The notes under the pieces: generated by a model
Database searches by the model: none
What the model was told of the DNA's origin: nothing
The model's input: only the letters and a program-made list of their open reading frames with translations
Origin: an uncultured Candidatus Saccharibacteria bacterium
GTDB taxonomy: Bacteria > Patescibacteriota > Doudnabacteria > UBA920
Reading direction: 5' to 3'
DNA length: 64,000 nucleotides
Assembly (NCBI GenBank): GCA_964532425.1
Contig: CAZHIA010000002.1
Span: 169,798-233,797 of the forward strand
In this document: positions 19,809-30,300 of the stretch, in pieces
Position numbering within the stretch: the stretch's first letter is position 1
How the letters are laid out: each line of letters starts with the position of its first letter
Translations under genes and position numbers: made by a program

Positions 19809-21032
19809 TTATTCGGGATAGAGATCCTGAATACCCTGGCTAACCGTGATGATGCGAAGTTTTTTATCGAGCGCGTATTTGACCGCGGCTTGGAAGTTAT
19901 CCGGCGTGAATGCAAACTCGCTCCCGGACGTGTTGATCTGGTGAAAGAGGATAATGAGCCAGGTCTTTTGCTGCTGCGCCTGGTCCATCCAGGATTTGAC
20001 GGTCTCGAGCGTTATAGGGACCGGCACATTGTCGATGGCTTTCACTTTTAGCCGGTACCGGCTCGTGGTCGGCGTATTAAAGCCGTCATCACTGGTGCGG
20101 GCGGCGGCAAACGCCGGTTTGACAATGCTATCAGCCACGCCGTTGTATTTGCCATACGGGTAAGCAAATATCGTGATGGCGGTACGGGCAATGCCGCGCA
20201 GCTCTGTCTGTCCCCAGACGATTTCGTTTGTGGCACTCGTGGGATCAAGCAGGGTCAGGTCAGGGTGGGTTCGCGTATGGGCGCTGATCTCGTGGTTTTG
20301 CAAAACCAGCATTCTCAGATCGGCGGAAGTCATGCGGTCCGGTTGGTCAAGGAATTGGGAAACCGCAAAGAAATTCAGCCGCACGCCCAGGTTGGCCGCC
20401 CACTGCCCGAGCGGGACCTGGTTGGCCCAGCTATCGTCCAGGTCAAAGGTTACCCGGCCTTCGGGGAACTGCAAAGCGCTGGTCGGGGTGGTGGCGACGA
20501 GTCCATAGTTGTCCGTATCCAGCGTACCAATGCCTGCAATGAGGTGAAAGACGGTCGCTGAAGTGGTCCCTGGCGGGGGAGTAAATGCCAGACTGGCCTT
20601 GCTCCAACTGCTTGGTGAAGCAGGAATTGCCTGGAAGCCGCCGTAACTGAGCGCGCCCAGCGAATTTCGAAACTGGACAACGAGCCAGGAGGAAATGTCG
20701 CACTTATATTGGTTGGTGAACAGGTAGGTTTGTCCGGCTGTGACGGGGGCGTCCTGAAAGTACCACTTGGCATCACCATCCCAATAGCTGGTGATCTTGA
20801 CCTCGACTGCCCGGTCAGATATGCCGTTCGGTCCATTGACCGGATAGGTATAGGTGCGCGTGTTGGTGCCCCAACCGCCCCGCAGCCAGCCATCCGGGTC
20901 CGTACTGTCTCGTCCCGCGTTTTCCATGCCCGGGTTGGCTATGAGATTGATTTGGGCAAAAGCCGCACCGGGCAAAAATACCATGACAGCCATCAGCAGT
21001 AGCGCAGATGCTATTCTTCGCATTGGGTTCAT
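19809..21032 (-). CDS. Secreted polysaccharide deacetylase (CE4/NodB) with N-terminal CBM-like domain
   Basis: TFDLDD, HEISAHTRTHPDL, FAYPYG, LFH; NLIANPGME start of a CBM-like domain. Confidence 0.85.
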   Translation of the reverse strand: MNPMRRIASALLLMAVMVFLPGAAFAQINLIANPGMENAGRDSTDPDGWLRGGWGTNTRTYTYPVNGPNGISDRAVEVKITSYWDGDAKWYFQDAPVTAGQTYLFTNQYKCDISSWLVVQFRNSLGALSYGGFQAIPASPSSWSKASLAFTPPPGTTSATVFHLIAGIGTLDTDNYGLVATTPTSALQFPEGRVTFDLDDSWANQVPLGQWAANLGVRLNFFAVSQFLDQPDRMTSADLRMLVLQNHEISAHTRTHPDLTLLDPTSATNEIVWGQTELRGIARTAITIFAYPYGKYNGVADSIVKPAFAAARTSDDGFNTPTTSRYRLKVKAIDNVPVPITLETVKSWMDQAQQQKTWLIILFHQINTSGSEFAFTPDNFQAAVKYALDKKLRIITVSQGIQDLYPE

Positions 21033-21241
21033 GCATTCTCCTTGTGATTGTAATGTGCTAGAAGCGTAACAACATGAGCAAGACAGCAGCGCTCAGCTGT
21101 CGCGTATTCCTTTGAATATCAGCATCATAATTGACGGCTCACGTTATACAAAAATACGCACGGAGAAGCAGGTTTATATTTTTTTCTTTGCTCTCATGCC
21201 GTTTTTACGAAAAAAGCCGGCTCATGCCGGCTCTATGCAGA

Positions 21242-21847
21242 CTACCAACTCACTCCGCCCGGGGTTGAAACCTGCCAGGACCACCCTGGCCTGACTGGGT
21301 CATAGAATGGGTCGCTCGCCGGGTATCCTGTTTCAGCCAGACAGTGGGCCATGAGTTTGTAATTTTTTCCGTCGGACAGGTAAATATAACAGGCCCAGGC
21401 TGGGGTGGCGCAAGTGCCGACGCCGGTGCCCGGATCGTGCGGGAGCTTGGTAATGTACTGCGGGGCCAGGTTGGGAATCCAGGCGTTGCTGCCGGTTAGG
21501 CCATGGCTGCCCCCGTTGGAACATTCTCCCCACCAAGTGCCGTCTGTCGTGGGATACTGGTTGTTGTCGCTGTAGTACAGTTCCAAGGCTTTGGACAACT
21601 GGGACAAGTTGCCTTTGCGCTGCGCGTCGCGGCTTTTCATCCGGGCCGCGTTCAAAGACACCAGCACGACCGAGGACAGCAGGCCGATAATGGAAATAAC
21701 AACGAGTAATTCGATTAAGGTAAACCCGTACACCAGCTCCCTCCTCGAGCGCACTTCATTTTTCTGCTGCCTCTCCGGATGAGCCGCCTTGAGGAGTAAA
21801 CCGTGATTGAGTGGTGCCGGGGTAAAATCTTTTTGTTTCGTATGCAT
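21242..21847 (-). CDS. Type IV pilin/pseudopilin (GspG-like)
   Basis: GFTLIELLVVISIIGLLSSVV, RDAQRK..LELYY..YP, LPHDP; start placed at MHTKQK. Confidence 0.9.
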   Translation of the reverse strand: MHTKQKDFTPAPLNHGLLLKAAHPERQQKNEVRSRRELVYGFTLIELLVVISIIGLLSSVVLVSLNAARMKSRDAQRKGNLSQLSKALELYYSDNNQYPTTDGTWWGECSNGGSHGLTGSNAWIPNLAPQYITKLPHDPGTGVGTCATPAWACYIYLSDGKNYKLMAHCLAETGYPASDPFYDPVRPGWSWQVSTPGGVSW

Positions 21848-21971
21848 ATTCTCCGGTGCTTGTATTGTAACAATTCCGTGCCAGATGGCAATCACTTTAA
21901 AAATACCCCGTTTCGTGACGATTTTCACGAAACAGGGTATGAGGTTGCCTGATGTCCGTATTGAGAGCGAG

Positions 21972-22493
21972 CTACTTTTCGGTTTTGATCGGATCCACCT
22001 GAACGGGAGTGATTTGTTCCTGCTGCCCGGGGTGCTCTGTGGAGAGCGTGGGCGGGACGGGAGGCAGTGGGTGCGGTGCTGGTGGTATGGACCTTCGTTT
22101 CCGTTCCGTTTCCACTTGGTAGGATCGGTAGAATACGGTCATAAACAACACCCACCAGATAATGACGCCGATGAGGGATTTGGGAGAAGCTGCGACTTGC
22201 ACGACCTTGTCCAGGGTCCACATGGCCATGAGGACTCCGGAAGCCCAGCGATGCCCGCGGGCTACGAAAAAGGCCAGCGGCGCATAGAGGACAAGCGCAT
22301 ATATGTACGTGTCCTTGCCGATTAATCCGGTGAAGGAAAGTAGAATAGTGATGCACAGCGAGAATGTGACTGCCAGCACCGTGGCTCCGCGGCTGGTATG
22401 GAGGAATCGCAGTGTGTCATACTCGTTTACCTGGCGTTCCAGGTCTTCGGGCTTTAAAGCCCAGAAGGGTGTGTGTTGTTTTTGGTTATCCAT
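21972..22493 (-). CDS. Hypothetical membrane protein with Pro-rich tail
   Basis: 4 TM segments. Confidence 0.65.
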   Translation of the reverse strand: MDNQKQHTPFWALKPEDLERQVNEYDTLRFLHTSRGATVLAVTFSLCITILLSFTGLIGKDTYIYALVLYAPLAFFVARGHRWASGVLMAMWTLDKVVQVAASPKSLIGVIIWWVLFMTVFYRSYQVETERKRRSIPPAPHPLPPVPPTLSTEHPGQQEQITPVQVDPIKTEK

Positions 22494-22671
22494 AATTGTG
22501 AGTTGGCTTGTATGTGTTTTTACGTGTCGCTGTAATCATATCAAATTTTCGGCTCATGTAATAGGAATATGGGCATTCTGCCACCGTCCCGTTTTTCACC
22601 GGGGTCCTGAATAGGAAAAAGCGGCACCGGAAGCGGTGCCGCTTGGGCGGGACAAGATGCGCTGGGGTGTT

Positions 22672-23703
22672 CTACCACAACGCTTTTGAGGAAAGCCCTA
22701 AAACATAATCAGGCATAAACGTTCCGCCGTCGGGCTCGCCCGGCCGGCAGCCGCCGTCGGATTCCCCAGGAGGCTTCCACCAGAACAGAAGAATGGGAAA
22801 TTTGTAGCGCAGTTCAAACTGCGGGCGGTCGCCGAGCGCACGGCCCGGGGGATTGCACCAGGGATACGGGGTGGAATTGTCTTGCAGCGGGCCGCGGCCA
22901 TTCCTGGCGGTATCGATGGTAGCGCCACCAATTTGTATACTGTAAGCGGTCCGCAGGGTTTCATACAGATCATTGGTATAGACCAGAGTGGGAGATAGAT
23001 ACTCGAAACCCGAAACGTTTGCCGAAAATCCGTAGGCTCTGCTGATACCGGCGCGGGCTAGGCGGTCGGCCATGACTTGTACGGAATTCCATGCGGGGTG
23101 CTGCGGGTCGGCCACGGTCCAAGCGGAATTGCCGGCATCCAGGAAGGTATACACATTGGGCGCAGCAGCGAGCGCCTGCACGGCGTAGTTGATAAGATCG
23201 AGCCGAATTTGCTGCTGCGTGGCGTCCATGCAATCCATGTCGGGTAGCGCGTCAGGTTCCAAAACAATGGAAATGACTAGGTCAGGGCGAATGCCGATTC
23301 CCGCAGTGAAACCGTCGACCCAGTTTTTGTAAGCCTGTGGCGCGGGAGAGCCGCCGCCGGATAGCCCGCTGCAGACATCGCGCTGGTACATATTGTAGAT
23401 GACCAGGCCAACAAGCACTTTTTTGCGCTGCGCTGGGTCTGCGTATGAATTGATGGCAGCGGCATAGTTCTGCGCCCGCGACAGCAAGTTGTCCACGTCT
23501 GTCCGTATGTCCGTGTTCCAGTCCCCAAACCAGAATCCGTGCGGCTGGTTGGCAACTTTGGACATGAGGGCCAGTTTGTCCGGCTGGTCCTGGTTCCTGG
23601 ACATCCACTCTTGCATATAGCCGGGTGGTTCGATATAGAACGTGACATCGTCGGCAGCAGCAGGATGCAAAAGGAGCAGAAATAAGCAGAGCGAATTCCT
23701 CAA
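22672..23703 (-). CDS. Glycoside hydrolase family 6 (endoglucanase-like)
   Basis: RDVC, LEPDAL, DAGNSAW, IDTARNG, WCNPPGRALG, WKPPGESDG; TTG start with AAGGAGG SD. Confidence 0.92.
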   Translation of the reverse strand: MRNSLCLFLLLLHPAAADDVTFYIEPPGYMQEWMSRNQDQPDKLALMSKVANQPHGFWFGDWNTDIRTDVDNLLSRAQNYAAAINSYADPAQRKKVLVGLVIYNMYQRDVCSGLSGGGSPAPQAYKNWVDGFTAGIGIRPDLVISIVLEPDALPDMDCMDATQQQIRLDLINYAVQALAAAPNVYTFLDAGNSAWTVADPQHPAWNSVQVMADRLARAGISRAYGFSANVSGFEYLSPTLVYTNDLYETLRTAYSIQIGGATIDTARNGRGPLQDNSTPYPWCNPPGRALGDRPQFELRYKFPILLFWWKPPGESDGGCRPGEPDGGTFMPDYVLGLSSKALW

Positions 23704-23833
23704 ACGAATCCTCCTTGTACGCCTTTGTGACGAATCAGCGCAAAATGCCTTGCAATAAAAATGCCCGAGCGGGGTATCCGCCCGGGCATGGTATAAGGAC
23801 TAGAATCATTCGTTAAACTGCGAGTCTTGGCGC

Positions 23834-24259
23834 TTACTTTACATTGAGCGTCCCGACCATACCGCGCTCACGATGACCGTCTATAGAACAATACATCTGG
23901 AACGTGCCGGCATTGTCCGCGACGAACTGTACGGTTTGCGAATTACCAGTTCCGACCGCCTCGGTTTTTACGTGGTAGCTGTCGATAACAAGGTTATGTG
24001 GGTAGTCCGTAGCGACATTTTGGAAATTGATCACCACAGTATCTCCTTTGTTGACCGTGATGGTGTTCGGTGAAAAAAAGTAGTCGCCGCCTTGGATGGT
24101 GAAGGTCTTTGTCTGTCCGGTGGATGGGGTGGAGTTGGAAGTGGATGTTGTGGTGTTTTGGGGAGTCGGAGGACTGTTTTGGGTGGTAGAAGAGTTTTGG
24201 CTGCTGCACCCGGCAGCCAACAGAAGGATTGCAGCAGAAGTGATGATAGTTTTTTTCAT
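23834..24259 (-). CDS. Cupredoxin-domain lipoprotein
   Basis: Lipobox LAAGC; PHNL and YCSIDGHRERGM type-1 copper ligands. Confidence 0.9.
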   Translation of the reverse strand: MKKTIITSAAILLLAAGCSSQNSSTTQNSPPTPQNTTTSTSNSTPSTGQTKTFTIQGGDYFFSPNTITVNKGDTVVINFQNVATDYPHNLVIDSYHVKTEAVGTGNSQTVQFVADNAGTFQMYCSIDGHRERGMVGTLNVK

Positions 24260-24345
24260 AATGAATTTGTTTTACATTTAATATGACAAATAATAATTAT
24301 TATAAACCCGGTGTGCCTTGTTCGGCAGCGCCATCGAATAACGAA

Positions 24346-24867
24346 TTACGCATCTGTCTTTACGGGTTCTCCTATATCCCTGGGCGCAAATACCCAGAGC
24401 CGCTTCAGGCTGAAGTTCCAGATGGTACTAAAGATGGTGGAAAAGATCTTGGAGACGAGGTCGTTGATGCCGATCCATCTGATAAACAGGAATAGGATCA
24501 GACTATTAATGAGCAGGCCGCTTAAGGTGGTGCTATAAAAGCGCAGGGCTTCGCCCGGAGTGGGTGCGTTAGTCTGGCGAAACGTCCAGGTACGGTTGGC
24601 AAAGAAGCTAAAAGTTGTGCCGCAGACAAAGGAGATAGCATTGGCCAGGTATTTGGTCGGACCGTGGTAGTCGAAAAAAGCTGTATGCCTGGTCAGCGTT
24701 GCGTATATGCCAAAATCGATCAGTGTATTGATCGCGCCGATAAGGGCGAATTTGACAAACTGGTGGCTGACTTCGCGGTGTTGTTTGGCCGGCAGGAACA
24801 GTGCAAGAATAGTATATATTTTTTGGTCAATGGTATTGAGAAGGTTTTTAAATCTGGAGAAGGTCAT
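24346..24867 (-). CDS. GtrA family flippase-like protein
   Basis: QFVKFALIGAINTLIDF, SFFANRTWTF, WNFSLKRLWVF. Confidence 0.88.
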   Translation of the reverse strand: MTFSRFKNLLNTIDQKIYTILALFLPAKQHREVSHQFVKFALIGAINTLIDFGIYATLTRHTAFFDYHGPTKYLANAISFVCGTTFSFFANRTWTFRQTNAPTPGEALRFYSTTLSGLLINSLILFLFIRWIGINDLVSKIFSTIFSTIWNFSLKRLWVFAPRDIGEPVKTDA

Positions 24868-24997
24868 GGAGTGTTCCAAGAATGCTGTTTGCACCGGTTA
24901 CTGATAAGTTTGGCGAGAGGTATTGTCTTTGTTAGCGACGACCGGGTTGGCGTGCTCCTTACGAAACCGGAACGCTAAAATACAGGTAGCGGAGAGA

Positions 24998-25435
24998 TTA
25001 TACTCTGGCGGAGTCGGCTTTCCAGTGTTTGATCCTGAGCTTAATATTTTTATTGTTGAGGCGTTCACTGATGGCTTGCTGGATGAGCGGTAAAAATTCG
25101 TCATCAGGAGCAAAGCGCAATGCTATAATCTGGTCCATGCTCAGCCGGTTGTCCAGCAGCTTGCCGGTCAGGGTGAAATGCCGCAGGTTTTCTTCCGCGC
25201 GGATTATGCGATCCTGGACGGTAGTGGCAAATGACCTTGTGTACCATGCGGTGATGATAGCAGTAATAGCCAGGGCCAGCAGCGTCCAGGGTTCGTATCT
25301 GGCGCTTCCGTTGTTGCGGTAGGAGTGGATGAGGGTGATGAGGCTGGTGACTAACGCAAAGAGATTAATGAGTGTCAGCACAATATGGAATATTGGCACT
25401 ATTCTGGCATGATTTTTATAGTCTTGTTTTTTCAT
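24998..25435 (-). CDS. DUF6526-like membrane protein
   Basis: QDYKNHAR, VQDRIIRAEENLR, IIALRFAPD, WKADSARV. Confidence 0.7.
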   Translation of the reverse strand: MKKQDYKNHARIVPIFHIVLTLINLFALVTSLITLIHSYRNNGSARYEPWTLLALAITAIITAWYTRSFATTVQDRIIRAEENLRHFTLTGKLLDNRLSMDQIIALRFAPDDEFLPLIQQAISERLNNKNIKLRIKHWKADSARV

Positions 25436-25571
25436 ATGCAAAAGTTACATTTGGCTTAATATACTACACATGACGATTCGTGTCCGGTAATTTTACCGGG
25501 CGGAAAATTTGTCTGGATACAAGAAGAGCCCCGGAGTTTTGAAGTTCCGGGGCCTCGGCCAGTGCGGCAGT

Positions 25572-26063
25572 TTACGATTGGGTGCGGACAAGAAGGCTTT
25601 CGACCGTATCGCCGGGCACGGCATGGGCGACTTTGACTGATATGTCCGGCGTACTCGATTCCGTCCAGGGCTGGCTGTAGCCGATGCGATAGGCGAGATC
25701 CAGCCCGTCCAGCCGTTCGGGGGAGGCGAGTATAATGCTGTTGCCACTCCACCGGCATGGAAAATCCCTGTCTGGGACCGAGATTCCTGACACGATTATG
25801 GCCATGCGGCGCAGGAAGTCGTCGCCGGCCTTGTAGCCGTGGGCTTGGTTCACCGCCTTGAGTTGGATGATTTTTATCAGGGCTACGCTCAGCGGTTCGG
25901 TGCGCTGCAGGCGTTGTTCCAGAAAGCTTTCCCCGGCGCTCCAGCTGAACAGCCCGGTCAGCGTGTCGAATGCGAGGCGGCGCCTGGCTTCCTCCAGGCG
26001 CCTTATGAAGGCTTCAAAGCGCTGTGCCGGATCCAGAGGACGGTCTCTATTCTTTTCGTCCAT
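25572..26063 (-). CDS. Degenerate stand-alone GGDEF domain protein
   Basis: DTLTGL, LKAVNQAHGYKAGDDFL; active-site position reads SGNSI instead of GGDEF. Confidence 0.75.
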   Translation of the reverse strand: MDEKNRDRPLDPAQRFEAFIRRLEEARRRLAFDTLTGLFSWSAGESFLEQRLQRTEPLSVALIKIIQLKAVNQAHGYKAGDDFLRRMAIIVSGISVPDRDFPCRWSGNSIILASPERLDGLDLAYRIGYSQPWTESSTPDISVKVAHAVPGDTVESLLVRTQS

Positions 26064-26195
26064 AATTCCTCCTTCCCGATGGTTCGTCTTAGCAGTCTAT
26101 AGGACTGGATGTGTGAGAGGTTTTTACAGTCGCGGGCTTGAATGTCCGGTACTGCTTTGATACAGTGTAGGTGAGACAAACTCAAAAATCAATAT

Positions 26196-27290
26196 ATGCC
26201 AAAACGCGGTGAATATACGCCTATCCGTTTCCCCAAAGACGAGTCCGCTCATAATTTTATCGTCGAATGGTGGTATTTTAACGGGCATGTGTGCGACAAA
26301 TCGGGAAACCAGTATTCGTTCATGGACTGTCTATTCAAGATCGACAATAAAAAAGTACACGTACCGATCTTAAGCCGTTTGCCGGTGAAAACAGTCTACT
26401 TTTCCCATTCGCTCATTTCCGATCTGAAAGCCAAGAAGTTTTATCCCCGTACCTCTCCATTTTCCATTATTTCTGAAGACAGCTTCACCAAACCGCTGCT
26501 CTATATTAATTACCTGAATCCGGAACTGAAGAACGGTTACACGAATTGTGCTATTGAGCAGCTCAACACGTCTACCTACCGCGTGAAAAACGAACGGATC
26601 GATCTGACGTTGGTTGCGACCAAGCAGCCGCTCCTGGAAGGCGGCAGGGGATTTCTTGATTTAAAATCATCAACAACCTACTACTATTCTTTAACGAATC
26701 TCCGGACTGAAGGGAGGATTAAAATAAAGAACAAATGGGTTGAGGTTACCGGCAAATCGTGGATGGACCACCAATGGTCAAACGTCGGCTTTGCCAAAAA
26801 CGGGTGGAACTGGTTTTGCGCCCAGCTGGAGAATAATACGGAGCTGGTTTGCTGCATGTTTGACGATGGTAAAGACAAAACGTACTTCGCCGACATTTCG
26901 TATCCGGATGGCCGACAAGACCACTTTGCCGATGTGCAAATTAAACCATTGGGTAAAAATTGGACCAGCCCCCAAAGCAAGGCAGTCTACCCCGTTGCTT
27001 GGGAACTTGAAATTCCGGCAAAAAAATTGAAACTGACATTTCAGGCTCGAATTGCAAACCAAGAGATGCTGTCCGGATTCGTGAATTACTGGGAAGGTCC
27101 AATGGCTGTGCAGGCCTTGGTAAACGGCAAGAAAATTCGTGGTCAGGGATTTATGGAATTGGTCGGTTACCCGTCCAAATACAACGACGTGCATGTGCTC
27201 GAGGAAGACATTGAGGAAGATTTTAACCGGCTTTTTAAACTCGCAAAAGCCAAGACCGCTGCCATTGTGGGGAATAATAGGCAAAAATAG
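26196..27290 (+). CDS. AttH/CrtC-like lipocalin-domain protein
   Basis: EWWYFNG, YYYS, SWMDHQW, GWNWF, YWEGP, GFMELVGY. Confidence 0.85.
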   Translation: MPKRGEYTPIRFPKDESAHNFIVEWWYFNGHVCDKSGNQYSFMDCLFKIDNKKVHVPILSRLPVKTVYFSHSLISDLKAKKFYPRTSPFSIISEDSFTKPLLYINYLNPELKNGYTNCAIEQLNTSTYRVKNERIDLTLVATKQPLLEGGRGFLDLKSSTTYYYSLTNLRTEGRIKIKNKWVEVTGKSWMDHQWSNVGFAKNGWNWFCAQLENNTELVCCMFDDGKDKTYFADISYPDGRQDHFADVQIKPLGKNWTSPQSKAVYPVAWELEIPAKKLKLTFQARIANQEMLSGFVNYWEGPMAVQALVNGKKIRGQGFMELVGYPSKYNDVHVLEEDIEEDFNRLFKLAKAKTAAIVGNNRQK

Positions 27291-27349
27291 AGTTAGATGG
27301 GATCCATCTCATTCAAGCTGCGAGCCTCATATGAGGCTCGCGGTTTTGC

Positions 27350-30300
27350 TTAATAACTCCAGCCGAGATCACCTGTGTTGGTTGTTACCTTTAATAGGAC
27401 TAATCCATCCTGGCTTGCTGAGGTTTTTCCAGCGGGTCCGTTGCCAATAATGGTTGTTTTCTTTCCGTCATACCGGGCAAGCACGCTGAAGTCTTTTTTT
27501 GATTTGATTTCCTGAGTGAGAGATTTGAGATCTTGTTGTTTGTCGAGCCGCCAGGTGAATTTGAATTTGTTCTTACTGATGTCTGCCGGTATACCATCGT
27601 AGGAGATTGATTTGATCTCGGCTTGTTCCGTTCGGCGTCGGTCTTTTTCTTTGAGGCGGATTACTGTTGTGTTGCCGGCCTCGTCTGTTAATATAATTTG
27701 ATCGTCGTTATCCTGTACCTCAACAGTAGGGGAGACGTTGTCTTTGCCTTCAAAGAGCAAATCTTTCTTTTCGGGATTGAACCGGATAGCAGCTTCCGGC
27801 GCGGTTTTGTCGATTTTGATTGTTATTGTGGCGGGGGTTTCTACGTTGCCCACATTATCGGTAGAATAATAGGTTAAGGTATGAATGCCTTCCGCAGTAA
27901 TTAACGTTGATGTGGCTGTGGTTGTTGCTGCTCCGTCAAGGGCAATATATGTTGCCGCCACGCCGCTTTCCGTGTCTGCAGCGTTCAAGCTGATTTGTAC
28001 GTCAGAAGTATACCAGCCATTCTTGCCTGGTGTGCCGGAAACTACTGCCGTAGTCGAGGGGCTGGTCTCGTCAATAATATGTTTAACTTCTAAGTAACCG
28101 AGTTGTACATCGCTGATTTGCACGATCGAATGAACGTCGCTGAACGGATCCAGGCGAAAACCGATTTTATGAGGCCCGGGCTGCAACTCTCCAATGGGAA
28201 TTTCGCCCGCGGTATTCAAACCGGCCGGCGTTCTCCGTTCGTCGATCTTGTATACCGGATTGTCATCGACAAACACCGTCAGAACACCTTGTGCACCTAT
28301 CATTGATAGAAACTGGAAATCGAATTTGAGTATGTTTGATGGTTGGTCCGTAGTGTCCATAATTTCAAACCAGACTGGGGAGCCGGTTTCTTCGCTAAAC
28401 ACTGTTCCCCGCGGACCCAAATAATAATTTACGATACCACTGGCACTTAAAGTAATTGGCAGGTTCAGGATTTTGTCGAGTACTGCGTAGTAAAGGGTGT
28501 CCAAGACAGTAAACTCTTTCGGTGCTATTGGGCAAGAAATGGTATTTGTCGTCAACGCACAATAGTTGCCGGGGTTAAACTGAATTGGCAGGGTAGAAGA
28601 TCCGTGTTCCAACGCAAAAAGGAACCCGTATGCATATGCGTTACTGCTCGAACTTATACTATCTTGGTACCATTCATACGGCCAATTATGTGATTTATTA
28701 AGATCAAGCGCAATATAAGGGTTAGTGGGGGTAACATCGAAATTGTAAGCATTGTGAAGAGCTATATTTGTGTCATGATATAGCGGAACCAGTTCTCCCT
28801 TGGCATCGAGGTACTGTTCTGCCCACCATGAACTTTTGTCTCCAGAGGAACCATGAGTCGGATTGGGGTCAAATCCATATAAAGAAGAATCTCCGAAAGG
28901 GTCGTACGCGTCAAGGAATGTCAGGTGGATTATCGGCTGACTCGGCATATTCAATTTGCGGATCTTCGCGGCTGTATTCTGGATCAAGTTCGCTCCCGCG
29001 CTATGGCCGATCAGATGGATTTTTCCCCATGTGACGGTTGAAAGAGCGGCGCGGATGTCGGTTCCCGAAGCCTGTGCGTTTAGGTCATGTTCGAACCAGT
29101 CTCCCAGTGCCAGAACATCTCCCAATTCCCTCCCATGAATCCCGGCGTTGTTATATGCATCCCATGGGGCATTTACATTTGCCAGTGAAGCGTCCTCATG
29201 CCAATCAAACACGCAAATATTCCAGTTGGTTTTATCAGCCGGCGGGACTTGTGCTGCTATTGAGTCTGCCATATTACGGACCCACCCGTTTGCATCGTCT
29301 CTCCAGCCGTGCGTAATGATGACTAAGTTGCTCGCTGCTGTATAGTAAGCAGAGGAACAATCCAGTGTATTGTTTAATGAAGGTTGAGCAGAAGGGGTGT
29401 TTGCGATGGTTTTGGCGATAATTGTAAAATCCGTATTGCTTGCAACCCCGAACTCCTGCCAGGTCGAGGTGGCGCCGGTGTCGTCGATGGCGCGGGCTTG
29501 CCAGTGATACTGGCCGGGAATTAAGCCGAAGACAGTGGTAGATGCGATGCTACCGGAAGATGCCAGAGTACTGGTTGCCATTGGCTCATTGTAAAATCTT
29601 CCGCCATTTTCATTTGTTCGCCGTAGTTCAATTTGTAGGGAAGCCCTCCTTTCGGCCAGACTGGTTGGCAAACCTTGGAAGGTGACAGTGCTTTCGGTGG
29701 TCGTCGCGCCTTCGCTCATCGCGGTCGTACCATCTGGGAGGATTTGACCCAATGCAGTCAGTGTCGGCAATGAGGGTGTTGGCGCTTGATGGCCAAAATA
29801 ATATTTATTCGTATCAGTAAACCTATAAAAATCATTGGAAACCTGGCTATATGCCAATGTGATATAGTCGTCCGGTTTAATTGCCCGGCCCAAGGTATCT
29901 TCTATTTGGCTGCGGGTCAGGGGATTGCAGACCATTTTGTTGTTGACAATGCTGCAGCCATTATTTGTTTCCTGCCCCTGCCAGGAATGATAATTGTCCC
30001 ATTGCCAAATATGCTTGATGATAAAGTCATAATGTTGGCCGGTTAGAAGATAATCGGTAATTCCGTTGGCATCATCTTCAACAAGCACTGCAACGTCCTT
30101 GGACTGATCGGGCGCAAAATGCAGCTGAGAATCGTTAACATAAGGTGATTCTGAAACCTGGCCATTGAAACCCATAAGCAATACGATTCTCGTTTCCGGC
30201 CCCTGCCAGTCGAAACTGATTTTTAAATTGTCGTTTTGATCGTAATCGAAAGCAACGTCGGAAAACGGCGGCAGCTGGGGTGCATACGTTAGCTGGAAAT

